Assembly (NCBI GenBank): GCA_965644295.1
Contig: CBFFRP010000074.1
Span: 1-64,000, forward strand
Length of the DNA: 64,000 nt
Source: Paraphysomonas bandaiensis
Lineage: Eukaryota; Protista; Chrysophyceae
Direction: 5' to 3'
Shown here: in pieces, positions 36,974-48,805 of the stretch
How the letters are laid out: every line of letters begins with the position of its first letter
How positions within the stretch are numbered: position 1 is the first letter of the stretch
Notes under the pieces: model-generated
Databases searched by the model: none
Seen by the model: only the letters and a program-made list of their open reading frames with translations
Told to the model about the DNA's origin: nothing
Position numbers and translations under genes: made by a program

Positions 36974-37305
36974 GCGCTAAATAGTAGGATAATAGAATAC
37001 AGAACCCGGTACCTCAGAGCCAGGCGGAACCTTATCCCAAGGGGAGACCCCCGGACAACACGCGCCAGTGAGTCCTCAGACACACGAGCAGGGCGAACTC
37101 ACACACAACATCAAGAACGGAAGTGGTCGCACCTTGGTGCTTGCGGCGACGCACAAGCAGCTTCTGTAGCGCTAAATAGTAGGATAATAGAATATGTGCT
37201 GATTAGTTATGGGTAGAGGTCTAACTAGTAGATCTAGCATACCACTAGCCACTATATCGGAAGGAGTTTTTAACGCCTATTGCTAAATAAAAAGACTTTC
37301 AATAA
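36974..37305 (+). mobile_element. short 5'-truncated LINE copy
   Basis: Perfect 10-bp TSD AGCTCGAGTA (36964..36973 and 37306..37315). It encodes ...AEPYPKGRPPDNTRQ* followed by the shared 3' UTR. Confidence 0.85.
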
Positions 37306-37804
37306 AGCTCGAGTACCAAATTCCCAACTGTTACATGTGTTCTACACATTTACTGCTCTTACCAGAATGACGTAGTCTCTACTCTCTACAGGTCTTACAA
37401 CTTTCGCTCGTGAGATATATCGATTCCTTTTGTCAATCCTGCGCATACACCAATATTAATACTTCCCAACTTCTTTGCAGTAGTAAGAGACTTCTGTTCT
37501 TAGGACAAATGATAGCAACGCACACTCACTCCACAAGTGAAAATAGCAGGACAAGATGGTCAAACAATTTAAAGTTTTTACTTTGCAGAACAGAAATGTA
37601 ACTTATTCTAGAAGCAGTATATTAGCATGCATATAATAATATCTTACTTGGAACGCAGTCACTACTGCAAATATAATTGTCGTTAGCTATAATGTCACAA
37701 AATATTCCTACCTAAAGTATACACTATCGCAAAAAATATATATCTTGAGTTTGTTGTCGACAGACAGACCATATACAAACGGTTGTTCGACACTACCAAT
37801 ACCC

Positions 37805-40774
37805 CTACAGTAAAATACAGGACGATGGCGGGGCGTCCATTCTCTCAATTAACTTCATCGTATCTTTAACAGTGACATGATCATCTCCGTACGTCTTTCT
37901 GTAAATTGATAGCGCTACCTCGTATAAAGGCCGAGCCTCGTCTTTCAGACCTTGACTCGAAAACATAGAGGCAAGATTGCACAAAGTAATTGCAATTTGA
38001 GGGTGACCGTCATGGTATACTTCAGAGAGGATGGATAAGGCCTCTTCGTAGTATTGTTTAGCCTCAGAAAACTTCTCCATGTCATCGTAGAGGCTACCAA
38101 GGTTATTACATGCACGGGCAAGAAATGGGTGAGCTTCACCATCAGTCTGAAATATCTCCCGATACATCATTAGAGCTTCAGTGTAACACTCCTTGGCTTT
38201 TTCGAATTCGTCTTGCTCTTGGAATAGTCCTCCTTGATTATTGAGTGCATGTGCAATATCCATGTGCTTCGTCTCAGTACCATGTAAGACTCTATATATA
38301 CGTAAACTCTCGGCACATATTTCATTAGCTTCTTCGAAATTTCCCTGTCCATGCACAGCTCTCGCAAGAAGGTACTTGGCCTCCGCGACATCTCTATGAT
38401 TTTCTGATCTCCATCGCAAACGGTATATCACTAATGCCTCGTCGTATAAGCTCTCCGCATGACCGAATTCTCCCTCCAAACAAAAATGCGACCCCAATTT
38501 TGATAACGTGTCAGCCACCTTTAAATCTTCCTCGCCCAGTGCAATGCGGTATATAGCCAATGCTTCTTCGTAGAGCTTTACAACCATGCCCTCGGTGATG
38601 TCACTTTCAACTTCTTCATCATATTCATTCTCGACTCTGTCTCGTAACCTCATATCATCCAGAAGATCCCCGAGACCACAGAGCACAGTAGCTATATAAA
38701 GAGTCGCAGTTGTAACTACATATCTCCCCTCATCACCCTCCTCCGACTCATCCCCGTCAGCACCGTTATCGTTCCCTTGCATACTCTCAGAAGTCTTCTC
38801 CCGTCCAAGTTGGGCTGCTGCAGATGCCGCTCTTTCCTTCATCTTAGTTGTTTCGATTTCTTTCCTTTCTTGTTGACGGCACAAGAGTAGACACTCTTCA
38901 TATGCCGCCCGGGACTCCGAAAAGAATTCATTACCATACATTATCTCCGCTTGAACCAATAGGAATTCTACCCCTTCTGGAAATAGTCGTTTTGTTTCCT
39001 TCGAAAAAAATTGTCCTCCATTTCCCATTCCCACAGCAACATCATTAGTGCTCAGCGAAGTGTCATCATTGTCGCTCCCCGTCTTCTTTAAGGAATTCTC
39101 ATCTTGTGACGTATTAACAAATCCTATACTTTTCTCCAAATTCTTGGTGTCCGTCTCGCTGGACTCATCAGCCTCGGTAAATTCATCGACATAAGGCTTC
39201 TTTCCAAGGGCACGTTGAGTTTCCTCCATACTCTGAACTACAGCCGTAGTGTCAGGGTGGTCTTTCCCTAACTTTTCACTGTATATCTTCCATGCTTCTT
39301 TGTAACACACAAACGCATCGTCATGCTTCTCGAGAGAGTTGAGAAGTCCCCCTAGGTTCATTAATACATCTGCCACGACAATGCTTGTTTCGCCAAGCAA
39401 CGTCGAATAGGACTCCTTGGCATGAAGGTAAGCATCGATAGCCTCATCGAATTTATCCGAATCATCATATAATACAGCAAGACTGTTCACGCACCGGGCA
39501 ACGTATATATGCGTCGGCCCATATGCAGCAGTAAATACTTCGAATGCCTGTTCGAAGTGCTCAAGGGCACTCTGCAGAGATCCTTGATCCTTCTCCAAGT
39601 TACCTTGGCCGAGCAATGTTTCCGCCACTGATGGATGCGACATACTCAGAAAGCGAAGTTTCGTATTCTTCGCCCTATCAAACATTAGAGCAGAATGTTC
39701 GTACTCCTCATTGGAAGCCAGCAAACATGCCATACCAGTCTGCGCTCTACCCTTAATATACAGCATCGCGGGGTCTGGCTGTTGACCTCTTGGAAAGTTT
39801 TGGCATAGTAGCAGCACTTCTTGATACAGGTACTTTACATTCTCCCGCATTGCGCTCTCCATTGTGCCACCAGTGACGCGATCTATCTGGTCATGTTGAC
39901 ACAGCGCAAGTTGCAACAGACACTCCATTTCCAAAAGAGATGAGTTTGCATCCCTTGGAAGAATTCGCGCATGTACAACACAACTGTAGAGTAAGTCGGA
40001 GGCCTCCTGCAGTCGTGTGTTATATCGGAGTAGCATTGCCAAATCTGTCCGTGCCCCTACATGGGAAAAAATGGGAACAGGAACTAGTGGCAGACCAACA
40101 GAATTGTGCATGGTGTCCGTAAGATCATCTGGTGCGCATAAAACTACTATGGATCGAGCAATATCACATCCTTCGCCAGGAGTATACACCGAGGCTAGTA
40201 GATCTCCGACTTTGCCTCCAACTAAGCTCCCTATCTCCTTGGCGTGGTCATCGATTATCTCCAATGATACGATATGCAGAAATAAGGAAGTGAAATGATG
40301 CTTAAACTTGCGGTATCTATCCAAGCCATTGGAAAATTTATTTGTGCGTATCTGTTGGGATATATCAGCTGCTTGTCGAGCCCAATACTTGAAGTATTTT
40401 AACCATGCGATATTCCCAGAATGACTTGCCGTGGAGGGTTTAGAATCAGCAAAATGCATTGTATTCGAGCCTTCTTCATATATTAAAACACCTTGTTCTT
40501 GAAGCCGATCTATAAATGACAAAAACATAGGAGTAGGACTTTCATCGCCTCCAAACTTTTCCTTACAGAGTTCCCAGGCCAGTTCCATATGAAAAGGTCC
40601 ATTGAATAAAGGTTCCATACAACTAGTTATTACCTCATCTTGTGATTTAGTAGTAAGAGGGGATGAAATTCGAGGATGTGAATTACTTTCATTCTTTAAT
40701 TTTGTTTCAGATATTACAATCCCTCCTGGTTTATTAGAGTCATGTGGTGATGATCGAGATAATGACATTATCAC
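37805..40774 (-). CDS. TPR protein (kinesin light chain/nephrocystin-3-like repeats) with a C-terminal CaaX box
   Basis: Repeated HPxVAxxLxNLG...A..Y..AL.I units in two blocks; the protein ends SSCILL*. Confidence 0.85.
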   Translation of the reverse strand: MIMSLSRSSPHDSNKPGGIVISETKLKNESNSHPRISSPLTTKSQDEVITSCMEPLFNGPFHMELAWELCKEKFGGDESPTPMFLSFIDRLQEQGVLIYEEGSNTMHFADSKPSTASHSGNIAWLKYFKYWARQAADISQQIRTNKFSNGLDRYRKFKHHFTSLFLHIVSLEIIDDHAKEIGSLVGGKVGDLLASVYTPGEGCDIARSIVVLCAPDDLTDTMHNSVGLPLVPVPIFSHVGARTDLAMLLRYNTRLQEASDLLYSCVVHARILPRDANSSLLEMECLLQLALCQHDQIDRVTGGTMESAMRENVKYLYQEVLLLCQNFPRGQQPDPAMLYIKGRAQTGMACLLASNEEYEHSALMFDRAKNTKLRFLSMSHPSVAETLLGQGNLEKDQGSLQSALEHFEQAFEVFTAAYGPTHIYVARCVNSLAVLYDDSDKFDEAIDAYLHAKESYSTLLGETSIVVADVLMNLGGLLNSLEKHDDAFVCYKEAWKIYSEKLGKDHPDTTAVVQSMEETQRALGKKPYVDEFTEADESSETDTKNLEKSIGFVNTSQDENSLKKTGSDNDDTSLSTNDVAVGMGNGGQFFSKETKRLFPEGVEFLLVQAEIMYGNEFFSESRAAYEECLLLCRQQERKEIETTKMKERAASAAAQLGREKTSESMQGNDNGADGDESEEGDEGRYVVTTATLYIATVLCGLGDLLDDMRLRDRVENEYDEEVESDITEGMVVKLYEEALAIYRIALGEEDLKVADTLSKLGSHFCLEGEFGHAESLYDEALVIYRLRWRSENHRDVAEAKYLLARAVHGQGNFEEANEICAESLRIYRVLHGTETKHMDIAHALNNQGGLFQEQDEFEKAKECYTEALMMYREIFQTDGEAHPFLARACNNLGSLYDDMEKFSEAKQYYEEALSILSEVYHDGHPQIAITLCNLASMFSSQGLKDEARPLYEVALSIYRKTYGDDHVTVKDTMKLIERMDAPPSSCILL

Positions 40775-41360
40775 ACTAAAACTAATAAGAAAAGGATGTT
40801 AATGAGATCGATTTTAATGAGAATGAAAGGAGAATGATTGAAGGGATGAGATTATGTGAATAGAAGAGAGTGGGAATGGATTATGTGTGTAAAGAAATGA
40901 TTTGAAATGACTATGTATATATATATATATATATGAATATAATTATTGTCTCTTTTTATTGAGACAATTCGAGACAATATTTAAAAAATCTGGAGTGTAG
41001 GATACAGTGGTATATATTGCCAATATTTTTGTGGGTGAAAAACTGTGGTATTCATATAAAGATATTGATACAGTACGGTATACAGCAGCAGTGGTATGCA
41101 GATATATGCATGATACATGTGCATCCTGCTACCCCCGGCCACTCCTGTATATTGTGCATACAGTACATGTATATATACTCTCTACTCTCTCTATATGATA
41201 TCATGTCCAGCACTTAGACATCCAGTATCTCATAAGATTAAACACATCACACTATATCTACATACTTCCACTAGTTATCATAATAAAGTGCATGTCAGTC
41301 TACAATAACTGAGTCTCTCTAGACATTTCACCATATAATCAATCCATCTATACAATTCAT

Positions 41361-42200
41361 ATGTCTCATACTGGGATCCTAAGTAAACGTGGTCGAGTCG
41401 TCCCTACATGGCACAAGAGATATTTTATATTAGATGGAAACTCGCTAATGTATTACACGCACGATGGTGGGGAGAGGAAAGGACATATACTTATATCACG
41501 AGCATGTTCAGTGAAGGAATGTCCAACACATAAGAACCCCAATACATTTCATATCTACGATGCCCAGACAGAGATCGAGATATATTTATGTGCAGAAAGT
41601 GTGGAGGAGATGAAGACATGGATATCAAAGATAGGGAGTGTCATTAAAGAAGAGAAAGATCCGGGGTCAACAGAGCCGGCAAGTTTAGAATCTTTGGCAA
41701 TATCTCCATCCGACATAAGCAAATCTGCTGAGTCGTCAAATTTCACACTTGAAGCTGATGTTGACGTTTCTGTTACACCGCCTTCCCCTCCAGCACTTCA
41801 GACTGCAGAAACGCTATCAAAGCAAGCGAACCAAGTTACAGAAACCGATTCGTGCATGTCACATACTGGGATGCTTAAAAAACGTGGTCGAGTCGTCCCT
41901 ACATGGCGCACGAGATATTTCGTACTAGATGGAAACTCGCTAATGTATTACACGCACGATGGTGGGGAGAGGAAAGGACATATACTTATATCACGAGCAT
42001 GTTCAGTGAAGGAATGTCCAACACATAAGTACCCTAATACATTTTATATCTACGATGCCCAGACAGAAATCGAGATATATTTATGTGCAGAAAGTGTGGA
42101 GGAGATGAAGACATGGGTATCAAAGATAGGGAGTGTCATTAAAGAAGAGAAAGATCCGGGATCAACAGAGCCGGCAAGTTTAGAATCTTTGGCAGTGTAG
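41361..42200 (+). CDS. tandem PH-domain protein formed by internal duplication
   Basis: Two copies of G.L.KRG....W..RYF.L....L.YY ... W...I. The DNA at 41361..41700 is nearly identical to 41856..42195. Confidence 0.9.
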   Translation: MSHTGILSKRGRVVPTWHKRYFILDGNSLMYYTHDGGERKGHILISRACSVKECPTHKNPNTFHIYDAQTEIEIYLCAESVEEMKTWISKIGSVIKEEKDPGSTEPASLESLAISPSDISKSAESSNFTLEADVDVSVTPPSPPALQTAETLSKQANQVTETDSCMSHTGMLKKRGRVVPTWRTRYFVLDGNSLMYYTHDGGERKGHILISRACSVKECPTHKYPNTFYIYDAQTEIEIYLCAESVEEMKTWVSKIGSVIKEEKDPGSTEPASLESLAV

Positions 42201-42868
42201 AGTCCGACTTGTTCAGCTTGTGCTCCTACGGTAGGTGGATTATGTAACATTCCATATTAAATTCGAATACAGTAGAGCACAATCTTACTGTAGATAGAAT
42301 TTGCGAGACATTGTGTATTAGATAATATATTTCACTGTTGTGGGCGGCTAAGTCGATGTCATGAGTTGTTTCTGTTTTGTTGTTCGTAGTCATAGTTATG
42401 ATGCTCTTGTTATCTGCTGCGAGTAATGTGCAGGGAAACGGAAAATGATCCCAGTGTACTTGTAGGTTTTGTTGCAACACGCATCAATGAATTAATTCGC
42501 ACTCAATTGCATATGCCATGCTTCTTCCGTTCATTAAATTAAGTTTCGCAATTTACCCTCGAAATGTTGTGTATCTATTTTTAGGCCTTCTATCGTGAGG
42601 GTTGTATGACCATAGGAGTTAATCCTTTTTATCTCCCAGTAGTATATATGGGTTGATAGAGAGTAACACCGGAATACAGTATTTCTAAAGCGACATTCGG
42701 CCTCGCAAATCCCTTCGACCTTCTGCATATCTACGCTACTATATCTATAGTGCTTACGTGCTTACACAGCAAGTACCACTATAAAGGGCAAGTCTTGAGT
42801 TTATACATATCATTAAAATACGTAGTATTAAGCTATTCGAACTGACTATATTTACCCACAACACTGTA

Positions 42869-44561
42869 TCATAATAAAAATATAGACTCCCAGAATGTAT
42901 GTTTCAATGAATACTCTTCTTGCAATGCAGCACCTTGCGTCTTTGGGCCCATGAAGCACGCCTACACAACAACGGCCAGTATTAGTTAGAGCGAAAACCT
43001 TCGTTTTATATTGATACATGTTTACAAGAATTGTACAAAACCTGCAGTGCTAGATATGGGGACGGTGTAAATCGCTGACGAACTCTAAGATCTGGTGGAG
43101 GTATTGGTCCAGGATGAGCGGTATGGTAAATTTTGTCACCAGCAATTGCCAAGCCCCCACCAAGAGCAGACAACTACGGACAATGCTAATCAGTTCGTGT
43201 GCAAATTACGTGTTATAGAGAAAGTAAAGGCCAGTAAACTCAAAATCGGTAGGAAGAAGAAACTAACCTGTGCCCTTAATTGATGAGTACGCCCAGTCAC
43301 AAGCTCTATTTCCACCTCGCATACTGTCGCCACGCCAGCTACAACGCAACGAAAATTTATTCACGTGACACTATATGTAACTATAGTTTATTGCACGTAC
43401 CTGGAGTTGAGGAGCGCATAATAGGATATTCTTTTTTCGCGACATTCTTGGAATCGTAGTTGTAAGAATCGTATAGCTCAGGTGGGGAAAACCAATCTCT
43501 AAATCCCGATTTTAATCTAGAAAGAGAGCGTCTATTATATTTCATTGCGTACAAATATCTAAGTATAGAGTATACATCTTCACCTATTGTTGCCATCAGT
43601 GGGCGGGAGCTCATCGATTAAGTGCACCCAATCACATATGCTCCTTGTGATAGGGCCAGTAACCAACCGAACAATAGATCTATAGGAAACGTAAGAAAAA
43701 ACACGGTGACAAGTGTACCATAGTATACTCACCTACACACTTTTGAGTTTGGAACTTCGGAGAAATATAAGTACTTCGGATATACCTTAGAGGTTTCCAT
43801 ATAATGCACTAATTCAGTCCCTGCAGAAGGGAGTGGCAATTCCGACACATATGGTGTATCTTCGGATTCGTATGACATTATAAGAGCTCGGTATCGTTTG
43901 ATAAGTGATGAATGGCGGAGGTCATTGCAAAAGGCCGCGTTGAATGTAGGGCACTTAGCGAGCACCATAACTCCAGATGTGTCTGAGTCAAGTCTACATT
44001 GAGAAACAAGAAATCGATTAGTCGCGTATTCACTGGTAATTAGCAATACTTCCTATATATATACCTATGAGGTAGAAATAATTTATCAGCACCAATGTGT
44101 TTCCTGACACATTCCAATACATTTTCATGTGCATTGGCCACGGTGGGGTGGCACGCTATCCCTGCAATATACATATTGTGATTTTACGCAATATACGTGA
44201 TCATGGTCCACTTACCTGGAGGTTTATCGATTACAACATATTTTTCGTTCTCATGCAAAATTACTTTTGACCAATCAATGGTACTGGTATCAAACCGTGC
44301 AGTATTAGGATAGACCCGTATGTAGTCGTTAACTTGTGTGACGATGTCATTCAGTGTACGCTTGCTACTCTCCTCATTACCATATTGAGCGTGATAAACA
44401 GAACCTAAAGCTATTAACCCAGCTGCCTCCTCGAGGGGTATATCCATTTTATCTGCAATCACTTTCGACAACTGGTTGGAGTGTTCTGCATAGAAATGCA
44501 AAGTAGCACTCGATCTAGCACTCCGTGCGGTGGAAAAGAAACACGATTGTACTCGTTTCAT
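42869..44561 (-). CDS. RluA/RluD-family RNA pseudouridine synthase, multi-exon, probably organellar
   Basis: VVIDKPPG, LDSDTSGVMVLAK, IKRYRAL, IELVTGRTHQLRAQ and IAGD, with an Arg/Ser-rich transit-like N-terminus. The 3' end is approximate. Confidence 0.85.
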
Positions 44562-45055
44562 TTAAGTCATGCAAATAACCTCATTATTATCACTTGCTTT
44601 GATGGTTGTAAGTACAATTAGAACTGCTGGCTGTTACCAGTGGACAGGTCTGCCTTAAATATCTCACACCACAGTCCACACCATAAAAACCCGATATTCA
44701 TAAAAACTCGCAGTTTTCATTAATCAAAACTCCAAATCTTTTATGATTTTTTTATACTCTTCATTGTTCGCAAGTCGTATTGAGTTACCCAATCATAGGA
44801 TGATATAATACCATGAGCGATGGTGATTGGGCAGTAATTCCATCAATTTCGAAGGCACTTTCTGATTCCAGTTATTATCCAATAATCAATGTGAAAATCG
44901 TCTACCAATCAATGTATTGGTTAAAATATATGGGGATGTATATAAGCCTGATGTTTTACATACAATCAATGAGTGCACTTGAGATAACCATATATCTCAA
45001 GGGGTCAGCTATACACTGAACTCTTGTAATAATATACTTGTATTGATTAGTAGTA

Positions 45056-46792
45056 TGCATCGCCGATATGAAGGTATGAGTTAACTGGGTTTTTCTATGT
45101 AATTCTTATAGCTATTATTTGTATAGCTATTCCAACAGGTGCTGACAGCACTCCACAACCAACAGCCCCAACTTTAGAGGGTGGATTTAAAGCCTTACAA
45201 AGACGTTTTTCATTTTTTGAAAAGAATATTAAATATGAAAAAGATATGCCAACTAGAAATATTGTATCATATGATACATCAGCGCTTTACAGTCTAGGGT
45301 GGCTGCTGCCCCTCAGGTATCATTCATTGAATATGAGTGAATAAATATGAGAGAAGAGAATAACTTCTATTATTTATTTTATAGAGGATCTGTGTGTAAT
45401 TTTAAACTACTGGGGACAGTCATTGCTCAAGTCATAGTAACAACGGTCCTGGCATTTAACAAGTGTACTGATGATGATACCGTATATCGATGCATTCCCT
45501 TGCCTAGTAATACTACTGGTCTGACTCTTCTCACGATCACATCGTTTTTGGTGGGAATATTTTCAAACAATGTCCTCCAGAGATGGTGGAACATTCGGGT
45601 GGCTCTTGGTATGGTGATTATTAAGAGCAAATCGCTTGCTCTCTCTGTGGCCTCCACTGCAGCAATCAGCACTATTCATTCTTCAGTTTTGATCAAAACT
45701 GAGTCCCTGCAACTAGTACATCGTATAAAGAGATATCTGAATCTTGCACACGCTCTAATTTATAAGCGGGGTTCTCATACAGTGGACCTTTCTGATCTAA
45801 TAGCGAGAGGGTTGGTCACTGTCAGGGAGGCGGAACTTCTACAAGATAACATGCTCTCACCTCAATTAAATCAAAATGGAGGAACCCACCAAAACGATTC
45901 GTCAAGAGTACCTTTTGATTTGACTTCTACAACATTCCATTCTACTAATCCTTTGAATTCGGCGACATACTCATCTACGTATCCATCAGAGATTACTCAA
46001 CCGACTACCTCTACACTTAGGCCCTCCAGACGGGCATCTACGCTGCTATCTTTTCAGGTGCTATACGCTACATTATATTAATGTCTACTATTATTTCGAG
46101 CACTAGTATTCGGCAATGACATATGCCACCGTTATGAGTGAAATTGTGTGATCCATTAATTGCACATACAGGTATACAGTTGGATCCGCTTACTACTGGA
46201 GCAAGCGGCTTCTGTGGGTCTCTTAGGAGGATCCCCAACCCTCCCCCATCAACATATAGTAACATATTTTTTTGATGTTGCCACTCTAGAAGCTTCCGCT
46301 GCACAGGTGGACATGTATGTTGGAATACAATTGCCGTACCCATTCGTACAGATGGCCGTCATCATAAGTAAGTATTTCCTGTATGCGGCGTTATTGAGAC
46401 ATATATTAGATAATATTTGACAAATATATTTGATGTTGTGAAATAATTATCTCTATGCAGTCCATATGTTCCTTATCCAGCTGATGGTTGTATGTGGTGG
46501 TATTATTGGTGAAGGCATGCAGACACATGATGGATCAATGGTTATAGTGGGCTATATGACATCTATTCTTATGACTTTTGTAATGATGGGAGTGCTTCAT
46601 ATGTACGACATGATATCATGCAATCCGGTAGGTGATATACCTGGCAATGACAACATGAAGGTTCAGGAAGCTGAGATTGAAAGATTGATTAGTGGTTTGT
46701 GGAAGTCTTCAAGCACTGTAAATGATGATGGCTCCTCAGCTGTGATACCTAATCTTACCTTTACTATGCAAGATTTGGCAAGTAAAGTATAA
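45056..46792 (+). CDS. bestrophin-like anion channel, multi-exon
   Basis: FLVGIF...QRWWNIR, RYLNLAH, GLVT..E, IQLPYPFVQM and NPVGD, with four hydrophobic segments. The first exons are approximate. Confidence 0.75.
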
Positions 46793-47685
46793 AGGTGTAA
46801 ATTTTTGCTGTCACAAGTGGTACTTCGAATTGCTATTATTGGAATGATGTTGTCCACGTATGACTTTTTTATTGTGTGAAAGTTTATGTATGTACACTAG
46901 AAAGCAACAATTGCAAGATAAGTAACATAGATCTCTTCTAAAAATTTGTAGTCATTCCTAATTCATTTCCGTGTTGACTATTTTTTATGCCAACAAGTAC
47001 AATGAAAACTATTTATCGGTGTTGATGTGCTCTTAGTTATAGGAAAACAATATTTATATATTCGGTAGTAGATGTTTGAACTAAATTTTTAATTAATTAT
47101 TGATGAATCGAATAACAGGTGGATACACAAAGTTTGGTGCAAAGAGCCATATCGACAACACCGAAAAATACATCCCATGCTTACCAAGTTCGCACAAAAT
47201 AAATTGTTGGCTAACAGGGATTAGGGATAGCTAACCTAGTAATTGGTAATCTAAGTTTGGGGTACTATTTTATGTTGAGAAATAGCGCTGACACACCATG
47301 TTACTTTTCAGAACCATGTCGAAAAAATGTTGAATCATAAGTCAATTAAATTACCCTGAAAGTTAAACAACAGTTCTAAAAAACAGTACAAAGCAAAAAA
47401 TGTGAGTACTTAAAAATAAACTCTTTCCTGTGTATAATGATCACACTCTCGCATTGTTCAATCAAGGAGAGGGTGACATATCATGCTAACCTTCCACGAC
47501 CAAAGGAATTTACAAGAGGTACGATAGCACGGCACAGAGGCGTTGAAAAGTTAAACGAACTCTTTGCCGTCCAGCCACATTGGAGGAGTAATATATACAT
47601 GTCTTTTTGGGTGGTTGCAATGGAATATAAAAATAGATTACTGCAGTGTATTATAAAACATAACTGATCGTGGACGCTTGGGGGG

Positions 47686-48168
47686 TCAGTTGACTTCATG
47701 AACACTGGTTGGGCTGTCTTGTCGAGAGGAATTAGATTTCGAGGCCGACGTCGGTGCTTGGTTGTTCCTCCGACTGCCAACCACTATGCTACTGTTGCTG
47801 TGCACAGATATATTGGCACTCATGTTTGAAAACGCAGATGAATGCTCTGAGCCGTCAATTGAATGCTTTCGCATTCGTGCCCCGAAAACACTCCAACCCC
47901 CTTCTACTTCACTCCCGTCAGCAGACAACTGTCCTCCAATATTAGTTTCACCGCTTCGACGCCAGTTGGGTATCATAAGGTTATCGTTGTCGTCGTCCAG
48001 AGATATACCGTCACCGCATTCACTGCCGTCACGATCTTCCGGATTCGGAATAGCAATAAAGCTGGACCATGGTACAAAACACATTATGCTACATAAAAGG
48101 CCAATATCTTCAGATAATAGTTGATTCTCTCTATCTGTTTGTCTTTCATTAGCGTTAAAGGGCCACAT
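47686..48168 (-). CDS. hypothetical 160-aa mostly disordered protein
   Basis: ATG-initiated, GC-richer ORF in AT-rich flanks; no recognisable domain. Confidence 0.5.
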   Translation of the reverse strand: MWPFNANERQTDRENQLLSEDIGLLCSIMCFVPWSSFIAIPNPEDRDGSECGDGISLDDDNDNLMIPNWRRSGETNIGGQLSADGSEVEGGWSVFGARMRKHSIDGSEHSSAFSNMSANISVHSNSSIVVGSRRNNQAPTSASKSNSSRQDSPTSVHEVN

Positions 48169-48805
48169 TGTGATAAATATTTATAGATATAACGATTGAA
48201 ATAAAATGAGCCCTTTATTAACAGTGTGAACAAGTTACTCTTTCAAGTGGTAATGAATTATGCCACAAGATATCATTTGTAATAATCGTACATGTTAATA
48301 TGAGACAAGGTAGATGATCGTGTGTAGAGTTATATATATGGTAGAGAGTGTTGTGTGCCTATGGATTGAGAAGAACTGACGCTTGAAAAAATAAGATACT
48401 AGTTTCCCCTGTATGTCCATAGGAATTTCTATGTGGTATTTTCATATATTAACGTCTACTGAATTTTAGTATGAATTTTTAGGTCGAGGTTCGATAAAGG
48501 GTGTCAAGAAAATCTTTGACGGACAGTATATTCAGTTTTAGTGTTCGTCACTACACAAGAACTACATAAGAGTATTGTGCTGTGATATGTACTGCTGTAT
48601 ATAACATCTAGAAAACTGGATATCCAGATATCTTACGTACTCTGTGTATGTGTGCAGCATAATACGTTCTGAGATACACATACACGGTACACTGTACATA
48701 CTTATATGCATACTTCTCATACCAGCAACCTCATTACTCCACCCCAATCCTAGTATACATACATCTCCACAATCCATCCATACTGTTATTACTATTCAAA
48801 TAATC

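Noticed and set aside
37117-37285. Shared tail as a hammerhead/HDV ribozyme or a tRNA gene
   Set aside because: No CUGANGA...GAAA core, HDV nested pseudoknot, cloverleaf or B box was found by eye.
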